Of a DNA stretch of 63,849 nt, positions 56,714-63,849 are shown in pieces (position 1 is the stretch's first letter; each line of letters opens with the position of its first letter). The translations under genes and the position numbers were made by a program. Origin of the DNA: an uncultured Hyphomicrobiales bacterium. GTDB lineage: Bacteria; Pseudomonadota; Alphaproteobacteria; Rhizobiales; Hyphomicrobiaceae. The DNA is taken from assembly GCA_902826255.1 (NCBI GenBank), contig CADEEC010000001.1:1-63849 (forward strand), given 5' to 3'. Below the pieces are notes generated by a model. That model saw only the letters and a list, made by a program, of their open reading frames with translations, ran no database searches and had not been told where the DNA came from.

Positions 56714-58089
56714 TGAACGTCGACACGATCTATGCGCTCGGCACGCCGGTGCCCTCGCGCGCGCAGCCCGGCGCGATCTCGATCATTCGACTGAGCGGGC
56801 CGCGCGCGGCCGAAGCTCTGATCTTTTTGACGGAACGGGGTGCGTTCGAGCGTGGCCGCTCGGCGCGCGATCCGGCACTGCCTGAGCCGCGCCGCCTCAC
56901 CTTGCGCAGCCTCTACGATCCCGGGAGCGGCGAGACCATCGATCGCGGGCTGGTCGTGTGGTTCGAGGCGCCCAACAGTGAGACGGGAGAGGCCATGGCC
57001 GAGTTGCACCTGCATGGCGGGCGCGCCGTGGTCGGCGGTGCGCTGGGCGCGATCGCCAGGCTCGGTTTCTGCCGCATGGCCGAGCCCGGCGAGTTCACGC
57101 GCCGCGCCTTCGAGAACGGCAAGCTCGACCTTACCAGGGCCGAGGCAATCGCCGACCTGGTGGCCGCCGAGACCGACCAGCAGCGGCGCCAGGCGCTGCA
57201 GCAGATGGATGGTGCGCTGCATCGGCTGTACGGCGACTGGCGCGATGCGGGCCTGCGCACGTTGGCGCACCTCGAGGCTGCTATCGACTTTCCCGACGAA
57301 GATCTGCCGTCCGGCATTGCCGACGAGGTCCATGCCGGCATATCGCGCCTGCACGCCGAGATTGCGGCCCACCTCGACGACCGCCGCGGCGAGCGGCTGC
57401 GCGAGGGTTTGCACATCGCCATCATCGGCCCGCCCAATGCCGGCAAGTCCTCGCTGCTCAACCTGTTGGCGCGACGCGATGCGGCCATCGTGTCGGACAC
57501 CGCCGGCACGACGCGCGATGTCATCGAGGTCCATCTCGATCTCGGCGGCTGGCCGGTGGTGCTCGCCGACACTGCGGGCCTGCGCGATGCGCGCGACGCC
57601 ATCGAGCGGGAGGGCGTGCGACGGGCGCGGGCGCGCGCCGCCAGCGCCGACCTGCGGCTGCTGGTGCTCGATGCGACAGGCGATTGGCGGGGCGAGCACG
57701 ACAGGCTGGTCGCCGGCACGGAGCAATGGGACAGCACGCGCGACATCGTCGTCGTGAACAAGATCGATCGCAGGTCGGTGGATAGTGTCGGCGTCGTGCC
57801 GGTATCGGCGCTGTCTGGCGACGGCCTGTCGGAACTCTTGAATCGCATCGAGCGGTCCGCCGAAACGCTCATGGAAGACGGCGGCGCGCCGCCGCTTACG
57901 CGCGCACGTCATCGCGAGGCGCTGGTCGAGTGTCAGGCCTCGCTGGCGCGCGCGCTAGCGGCGCCGGAAATCGCCCTGGCGGCGGAGGATGTGCGGCTGG
58001 CGATGCGTGCACTTGGCCGCATCACCGGCACGGTGCGCATCGATGAGCTGCTCGACATCATCTTCCGCGACTTCTGCATCGGCAAATAG
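56713..58089 (+). CDS. mnmE: tRNA modification GTPase MnmE
   Basis: DTIYALGT opening, G-domain GPPNAGKSSLLN and DTAG, terminal FCIGK motif. Confidence 0.96.
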   Translation: MNVDTIYALGTPVPSRAQPGAISIIRLSGPRAAEALIFLTERGAFERGRSARDPALPEPRRLTLRSLYDPGSGETIDRGLVVWFEAPNSETGEAMAELHLHGGRAVVGGALGAIARLGFCRMAEPGEFTRRAFENGKLDLTRAEAIADLVAAETDQQRRQALQQMDGALHRLYGDWRDAGLRTLAHLEAAIDFPDEDLPSGIADEVHAGISRLHAEIAAHLDDRRGERLREGLHIAIIGPPNAGKSSLLNLLARRDAAIVSDTAGTTRDVIEVHLDLGGWPVVLADTAGLRDARDAIEREGVRRARARAASADLRLLVLDATGDWRGEHDRLVAGTEQWDSTRDIVVVNKIDRRSVDSVGVVPVSALSGDGLSELLNRIERSAETLMEDGGAPPLTRARHREALVECQASLARALAAPEIALAAEDVRLAMRALGRITGTVRIDELLDIIFRDFCIGK

Positions 58090-58234
58090 TCAGCCCTGTC
58101 GCTGCGTCAGGTCGGGTTGGTCATACCTCGACCAACGGTCAGGTTGTCGGGTCCGCTGCCCGCTCCTAGATACTCGTCACCGGGGGAACGTCTCGCCGCA
58201 GGTGTCGTTTCCCACCGGGGCCTTTCATCGGGCC

Positions 58235-60940
58235 ATGAGCCGTGCTGCACCGGTTCAACGCCATAGGTTGCATTCCTTGCGCAAGGACAGTCTCGCCACG
58301 TATCGCGCCAAGCGCGACTTCACGCAGACCGAAGAGCCGTCGGGCAAACAGGCCGTGGCTGCCGCCGGGGATCTGCGCTTCGTCATCCAGCGGCACGACG
58401 CCACGCGTCTGCACTACGATTTCCGGCTCGAGCTCGACGGCGTCTTCCTGTCGTGGGCGGTGACCAAAGGACCGTCACTCGATCCCGCGGTGAAGCGCCT
58501 GGCCGTGCGAACGGAGGACCATCCGCTCGACTACGGCGACTTCGAGGGCACCATTCCTGAAGGTCAGTATGGCGGCGGCACGGTGCAGCTGTGGGATCGC
58601 GGCTACTGGCGGCCAATCGGTGATCCGCAGGAGGGACTGAAGAAGGGCGACCTGAAATTCGTGCTCGAAGGCGAACGGCTGCATGGCAGCTGGGTGCTGG
58701 TGCGCATGAAATGGGATCGCAAAGGCGGCAGTGGCAGTAAGACAAACTGGTTGCTGATCAAGCATCGCGACGAGGCGGCGCGCGAGGGCGACGCGGATGC
58801 CGTTCTACAGGACAATGAAACGTCGGTCGCGTCGGGACGCACGCTCGATGAGATTGCGATCGGCAAGGGGCGGGCGCCGACGCCGTTCATGACCGGGAAG
58901 CGGCGCTCGGCCGGCGCGGTCTGGCAAAGCAACAAGAAAGGCGGCGGAGAGCAGGCAACGCTCTCGGAAGGCAAGACAAGGCCACGCAAGGTCTCGAAGA
59001 TGCCAAGCTTCGTCGAGCCGCAACTCTGCAAGTTGGTCGAACGCGCACCGTCACAATCCGGCTGGGCCCACGAGGTCAAGTTCGACGGCTATCGCCTGCA
59101 ATTGCGCGTCGAGGGCGGCGCCGCGCGTCTGCGCACGCGAAAGGGCCTGGACTGGACGGAGAAATTTCAGGCGATCGCGACTCAGGCCGGAAAGCTGCCT
59201 GATTGCATCATCGACGGAGAGGCGGTGGCGCTGGATTCTCATGGTGCGCCCGATTTCTCGGCCCTGCAGGCCGCGCTGTCGGAGGGCCAGTCGGATAGGC
59301 TGGTCTTCTTCGCCTTCGATCTGTTGTTCATGGAAGGAGAGGATGTACGCGGGCTGCCGTTGCGTGATCGTAAGGCGCGCCTGCACAGGCTTCTGGAGGC
59401 GCTCAAAGGCAGACACGCCGGTCTGCAGTACGTCGAGCATTTCGAGACAGCCGGCGACTCGGTCCTGGAATCGGCTTGTCGCATGCATCTCGAAGGCATC
59501 GTCTCCAAGGAACTGCATGCAGCCTATCGCTCGGGCCGGGTGGGCAGCTGGGTCAAGGCCAAGTGCCGGGCGGGCCACGAGGTCGTGATCGGCGGCTGGA
59601 CCAGCGAGGGCAAACGGATGCGCTCGCTGCTGGTCGGCGTTCATCGCGGGCATGGCAAGGATCAGAAGCTGGTCTCGGTCGGCCGCGTCGGCACCGGCTT
59701 CAGCGAAGCCGTCATGCGCAAACTGATGCCGCGTCTGCGCGAAGTCGAAAGCAAGACCAGCCCGTTCGCCGCGGGAGCAAGTCCGCGCAAGGAAGCCGGG
59801 ATACACTGGGCCCGTCCGGAACTGGTGGCCGAGATCGAATTCGCCGGCTGGACCGGCGATGGCAATGTGCGTCAGGCTTCCTTCAAGGGGCTTCGCGCCG
59901 ACAAGCCGGCCGAGGAAGTCGAGGCCGAGAAGGCAGTGAGGCCGGAGAAGGCGAAGATGGCCAAGCCCGTGCCGAAGACAAAGGTCAAGCAGGCGAAGGC
60001 GACGAAACCAGCAGCCGTAGCGGCTACCGATGGCGGCCGCGCCGTTGTCATGGGCGTGTCGATTTCCAATCCTGCCAAGCCCTTGTGGCCTGACGAGAAG
60101 CCGCCGGTCACCAAGCTCGAGCTGGCGCAGTATTTCGCGACCGTCGGCGACTGGATGATCGAGCAGTTGAAGGGACGCCCGTGCTCACTCGTGCGCACGC
60201 CCGATGGCATCCGTGGCGACCAGCAGTTCTTTCAACGCCATGCCGCGCCGGGCACGTCGCACCTGCTGGAGCAGACCAAAGTGAGCGGCGACAAGAAGCC
60301 TTATCTGCAGATCGACCGCGTCGAAGGTCTGGCAGCGGTGGCTCAGATGGGCGCCACCGAGCTGCATCCCTGGAATTGCCAGCCGGACGAACCGGAACTG
60401 CCGGGGCGGCTGGTGTTCGATCTCGATCCGGCGCCCGACGTGCCGTTCAACGAGGTGGTCAAGGGTGCCCTTGCGATCCAGAAAAGGCTGGAGGCGCTGG
60501 GCCTGAAAACTTTCTGCAAGACCACCGGCGGCAAGGGTTTGCATGTCGTCACGCCGCTTACCTCCGATCCGAAGAGTCCGGATTGGGATGCAGCGAAGAC
60601 CTTTGCTCGCGAGATCTGCCGGCAGCTGGCCGACGAACAGCCCGAGCACTACGTGCTGAACATGGCGAAGAAGGAGCGCAGCGGCCGCATCTTCCTCGAC
60701 TATCTGCGCAACGACCGGACGTCGACAGCAGTGGCGCCATTGTCGCCGCGAGCCCGCGCGGGGGCCACGGTTTCGATGCCGCTCAATTGGCCGCAGGTGA
60801 AAGCTGGCCTCGATCCCAAGAAATTCACCGTGCGCACGGCGCCGGGGCTGCTCAGGAAGAACAAGCCCTGGGCGACCTATTCGAAGTCGGCGACGCCGCT
60901 GCGCAGAGCCATCGAACGCCTGATCAAATCGAGATCGTGA
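58235..60940 (+). CDS. ligD: multidomain ATP-dependent DNA ligase LigD (phosphoesterase-ligase-polymerase)
   Basis: Track ORF trimmed to ATG 58235. PE domain FVIQRHDATRLHYDFRLE, adenylation lysine context HEVKFDGYR, and a C-terminal primase-polymerase with LVFDLDP and KTTGGKGLHVV. Confidence 0.94.
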   Translation: MSRAAPVQRHRLHSLRKDSLATYRAKRDFTQTEEPSGKQAVAAAGDLRFVIQRHDATRLHYDFRLELDGVFLSWAVTKGPSLDPAVKRLAVRTEDHPLDYGDFEGTIPEGQYGGGTVQLWDRGYWRPIGDPQEGLKKGDLKFVLEGERLHGSWVLVRMKWDRKGGSGSKTNWLLIKHRDEAAREGDADAVLQDNETSVASGRTLDEIAIGKGRAPTPFMTGKRRSAGAVWQSNKKGGGEQATLSEGKTRPRKVSKMPSFVEPQLCKLVERAPSQSGWAHEVKFDGYRLQLRVEGGAARLRTRKGLDWTEKFQAIATQAGKLPDCIIDGEAVALDSHGAPDFSALQAALSEGQSDRLVFFAFDLLFMEGEDVRGLPLRDRKARLHRLLEALKGRHAGLQYVEHFETAGDSVLESACRMHLEGIVSKELHAAYRSGRVGSWVKAKCRAGHEVVIGGWTSEGKRMRSLLVGVHRGHGKDQKLVSVGRVGTGFSEAVMRKLMPRLREVESKTSPFAAGASPRKEAGIHWARPELVAEIEFAGWTGDGNVRQASFKGLRADKPAEEVEAEKAVRPEKAKMAKPVPKTKVKQAKATKPAAVAATDGGRAVVMGVSISNPAKPLWPDEKPPVTKLELAQYFATVGDWMIEQLKGRPCSLVRTPDGIRGDQQFFQRHAAPGTSHLLEQTKVSGDKKPYLQIDRVEGLAAVAQMGATELHPWNCQPDEPELPGRLVFDLDPAPDVPFNEVVKGALAIQKRLEALGLKTFCKTTGGKGLHVVTPLTSDPKSPDWDAAKTFAREICRQLADEQPEHYVLNMAKKERSGRIFLDYLRNDRTSTAVAPLSPRARAGATVSMPLNWPQVKAGLDPKKFTVRTAPGLLRKNKPWATYSKSATPLRRAIERLIKSRS

Positions 60941-60948
60941 GGAGCATC

Positions 60949-61872
60949 ATGGCCAAGGCCAAGCGGAAGACCCACAACGACCGCTCGCAGAAGCGGGCGA
61001 TGCGGCCGACCTGGGAAGGACATCTCAAGCTGTCGCTGGTGACCTGCCCGGTGGCGCTGTACACCGCCACCGAGCGCGCCGCCGATGTGCATTTCAACCT
61101 GATCAACCCCAAGACCAACAATCGCATCCGCATGCAGACGGTCGATGCGGGCACTGGCAAGGTCGTCGAGCGCTCCGATCTGGTGAAAGGCTTTGCGGTC
61201 TCGAAGAACAAGTACGTGCTGTTCGAGCCGGAGGAACTCGACGCGGTGAAGCTGGAGTCGACGCGTGTGATCGATATCGAGGAGTTTGTCGATGCTTCGT
61301 CGATCGACCGGATCTACTGGGACGAGCCCTACTATCTGGCACCCGCCGGCAACACCGGCATCGAGGCATACGCCGTCATCCGCGCCGCCATGGAGAAGCA
61401 GGAGAAGGTGGCGCTCGGCCGCGTGGTGATGCACCAGCGCGAGCGCATCTGCGCCTTGGAGCCGCGCGACAGCGGCATCCTCCTCACGACGCTGCGCACG
61501 CACGACGAGATCCGCTCGGCCGACGACGTGTTCGACAGCCGTCTGCCCAAGCCAGATTCGCGCATGCTGGAGGTCGCCGAAAAGATCATCGCGCAACAGG
61601 AGGCCGAGTTCGATCCCAGCGAATTCAAGGACCGCTACGAGGACGCGTTGCGCGACCTGATCAAGCGCAAGGCGAAGGGCGAGCAGATCGTAAAGAGCGA
61701 GGAGCCCGAGGAAGAGGACAAGGTCGTCGACCTGATGGATGCCTTGCGCCGGAGCTTGAAAGGCGGCGGCGGACCGTCGCGCGACAGGGCCGACCGGTTC
61801 CTGAAAGCCCACGACCAAAAGCCGCGAGCGGCGCCCCGCAAGAAGGCGAGGCCGCGTAAGCGGGCAGCCTAA
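60949..61872 (+). CDS. ku: Ku protein (NHEJ DNA-end binding)
   Basis: GAGGAG RBS. RPTWEGHLKLSLVTCPVALY, YYLAP and basic C-terminal tail KKARPRKRAA. 8-nt spacer after ligD. Confidence 0.94.
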   Translation: MAKAKRKTHNDRSQKRAMRPTWEGHLKLSLVTCPVALYTATERAADVHFNLINPKTNNRIRMQTVDAGTGKVVERSDLVKGFAVSKNKYVLFEPEELDAVKLESTRVIDIEEFVDASSIDRIYWDEPYYLAPAGNTGIEAYAVIRAAMEKQEKVALGRVVMHQRERICALEPRDSGILLTTLRTHDEIRSADDVFDSRLPKPDSRMLEVAEKIIAQQEAEFDPSEFKDRYEDALRDLIKRKAKGEQIVKSEEPEEEDKVVDLMDALRRSLKGGGGPSRDRADRFLKAHDQKPRAAPRKKARPRKRAA

Positions 61873-61877
61873 GCGCC

Positions 61878-61906
61878 GAAGCGCGCAGGCCGGTTTCGCG
61901 CGCTTC
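61878..61906 (+). terminator. GC-rich hairpin downstream of ku (weak intrinsic-terminator candidate)
   Basis: GAAGCGCGC (61878-61886) pairs with GCGCGCTTC (61898-61906) around an 11-nt loop. It starts 6 nt after the ku stop. The following ATTC is only a poor U-tract. Confidence 0.35.
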
Positions 61907-62095
61907 ATTCGCCCGGAGGATCCCGAACATGGGGGTGGCGGCCCGATGATGGCGGGTCCACGACCTCTGGACCCTGAAAGATCGAGGTCTCGACCAGCGG
62001 CGATGTGCCGGGCAACCGGCGACAGAAGCCATTGAACCGGGCCATCGGGACGGGGCATCTGGACCGGGAATGAGACGGCGCTTAAAAGGCCCGGC

Positions 62096-63849
62096 ATGCA
62101 GGCGTTTTCCTATGATGTGATTGTAGTGGGCGGCGGGCATGCCGGTTGTGAGGCGGCGGCCGCGGCGGCGCGCCTTGGCGCCCGCACTCTGCTGCTTACC
62201 CATCGGATCGAGACGATCGGTGAAATGTCCTGCAATCCCGCCATCGGCGGGTTGGGCAAGGGTCATCTGGTGCGCGAGATCGATGCCTTGGATGGCGTCA
62301 TGGGCCGGGCCATCGACCGCGCGGGGATCCAGTTCCGGACCCTCAATCTCTCAAAAGGACCCGCTGTGCGCGGGCCTCGTGCGCAGGCGGATCGCAAGCT
62401 CTACCGCCAGGCCATGCAGGCGTTGCTGGCCGAGCAGGCCAATCTCGAAATTCGCGCCGACGCGGTTGCAGATATTATTATGGATTCAATCGGGACGTGC
62501 GCCGGCGTGCTCACCGAAGCGGGGACCGAGATCGGCGCCGGCCGCGTGGTTCTGACGACGGGCACCTTCCTGCGAGGCCTGATACACTGCGGTGAGACCA
62601 GGGTCTCCGCCGGTCGGGCGCGTGGTGATGGGGTCGAGGAGCCATCGACTCTTCTGGCGCAGAGGTTGGAGCATCTGGGGTTTGCGCTTGGACGCTTGAA
62701 GACGGGGACGCCGGCCAGGCTTGACGGTCGCAGCATCGATTTCGCGTCGTTGGAACGGCAGGACGGCGACCAGCCACCACAGCCCTTCTCGTACCTCACC
62801 GACCGGATCACGAGCCCGCAGGTCGCCTGCCATATCACGGCTACGACGCCGTCGACCCACGCCATCATCCGCGCAAACCTGCACCGCGCGCCGATGTATT
62901 CCGGTGCCATCGAGAGCGTCGGGCCGCGCTATTGCCCGTCAATCGAGGACAAGGTTGTCCGCTTTGGACAGCGCGATCGCCATCAGATCTTTCTCGAGCC
63001 CGAGGGTCTCGATGATGACACCATCTATCCGAACGGGATTTCCACGTCTCTTCCTCGTGAAATACAGCAGCAAATGCTGCAGACCATTCCGGGGTTGGAG
63101 CGGGCAGTCATGCTGCGCCCCGGCTATGCGATCGAATACGACCATATCGATCCGCGTGAACTGAAGGCGACGTTGGAGACGCGCAAGATCCCGGGCCTGT
63201 TCATGGCTGGGCAGATCAACGGCACGACGGGCTATGAGGAAGCCGCTGCCCAGGGACTTCTCGCCGGTCTCAATGCCGCGCTTTCGAAACCCTTCATCGT
63301 CGACCGGGCGGAAGGGTATCTCGGAGTCCTCATAGATGATCTGGTCACTCTCGGTGTCACCGAACCCTACAGAATGTTCACGTCGAGGGCGGAGTATCGT
63401 CTGTGGCTGCGCGCCGACAACGCCGATCGGCGGCTTACCCCTCGCGGTCTCGAGATTGGGTGCATCCAGGGCGACCGTCGGCAGATGTTTCACGTGAAAC
63501 ATTCGGCACTCGCCAAGGCGCACGGCTTGGCGACTGCTTTGAAGCTGAGCCCTTCAGTCCTGGCAAAGCGTGGCATCTCTATCAACCAGGACGGTGTCCC
63601 TCGATCAGCCCTGGACCTGCTTGCCTACCCGGACATCGGCTGGGGCCGCTTGGTGAACGTCTGGCCGGAACTGGAGTCGATCCCGGCGGATATCGCCGAG
63701 CAACTCACAATAGACGCCCGCTATGGCGGGTATCTGGACCGCCAGCGGACGGACATCGCTGCCTACCGCCGAGACGAGGCTCTGGAGCTGCCGCCTGACC
63801 TCGACTATCGCGCGGTTGGTGGTCTTTCGAATGAAGTCCGGCAAAAGCT
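62096..63849 (+). CDS. mnmG: tRNA uridine 5-carboxymethylaminomethyl modification enzyme MnmG (GidA), 3'-truncated by window end
   Basis: Not in the ORF track because it has no stop in the window. My own translation from ATG 62096 is open to the end: [87 protein letters not shown]. Confidence 0.94.
   Translation, partial: MQAFSYDVIVVGGGHAGCEAAAAAARLGARTLLLTHRIETIGEMSCNPAIGGLGKGHLVREIDALDGVMGRAIDRAGIQFRTLNLSKGPAVRGPRAQADRKLYRQAMQALLAEQANLEIRADAVADIIMDSIGTCAGVLTEAGTEIGAGRVVLTTGTFLRGLIHCGETRVSAGRARGDGVEEPSTLLAQRLEHLGFALGRLKTGTPARLDGRSIDFASLERQDGDQPPQPFSYLTDRITSPQVACHITATTPSTHAIIRANLHRAPMYSGAIESVGPRYCPSIEDKVVRFGQRDRHQIFLEPEGLDDDTIYPNGISTSLPREIQQQMLQTIPGLERAVMLRPGYAIEYDHIDPRELKATLETRKIPGLFMAGQINGTTGYEEAAAQGLLAGLNAALSKPFIVDRAEGYLGVLIDDLVTLGVTEPYRMFTSRAEYRLWLRADNADRRLTPRGLEIGCIQGDRRQMFHVKHSALAKAHGLATALKLSPSVLAKRGISINQDGVPRSALDLLAYPDIGWGRLVNVWPELESIPADIAEQLTIDARYGGYLDRQRTDIAAYRRDEALELPPDLDYRAVGGLSNEVRQK

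Noticed and set aside
56353-57912. 519-aa minus-strand ORF
   Set aside because: It is antisense to the ComEA-like gene and mnmE, and is Arg/Ala-rich with no motifs.
60877-62097. 406-aa minus-strand ORF
   Set aside because: It is antisense to ku and to the ku-mnmG spacer.

Overview
High-G+C proteobacterial chromosomal DNA, with gene order that looks alphaproteobacterial. All homology calls come from motif recognition by eye, since no searches were run.

The window is not one continuous context. I read three blocks.

Block A (1 to ~28833) holds guaB, a roughly 5-kb mixed insert and guaA-tag. It continues with a nine-gene ArsR-headed operon carrying three tandem SRPBCC/Aha1 paralogues, then two tandem paralogous ECF-sigma triads. 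After those come panB, yfgM-bamB-der, purF-cvpA, an MBL hydrolase, and only the last ~95 codons of radA.

Block B (~28834 to ~30480, 1.65 kb) is a complete M48 metallopeptidase plus the C-terminal half of ampG.

Block C (~30480 to the end) opens inside a coiled-coil/peptidoglycan-binding protein. It then carries:
- an EVE-domain gene
- an SBP-RpiR-aminotransferase-LLM cluster
- an RND efflux pair
- msrA
- a LysR locus with an untracked 43-codon ORF
- M20 and C45 peptidases, then hemJ-hemH-hemE
- ppsR, a Bug/TctC binding protein and glnD
- a signal-less PBP, a ComEA-like gene and mnmE
- a ligD-ku NHEJ pair wedged before mnmG. The mnmG gene runs off the 3' end and is missing from the ORF track.

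Both block boundaries cut genes, so they are either contig joins or real rearrangements. Genes on opposite sides should not be treated as neighbours.

I found no CRISPR array, rRNA or tRNA gene, integrase, transposase or recognisable defence gene (nuclease, helicase or methylase combinations).

The best candidates for something under-described are:
- the duplicated membrane protein / ECF sigma / non-ZAS small membrane protein triads
- a low-G+C orphan two-TM protein near guaA
- the ArsR/SRPBCC-triplet operon
- the small ORF divergent from the LysR gene
- a perfect 20-bp palindrome in the SBP/RND divergent promoter region

None of these is proven novel from sequence alone.
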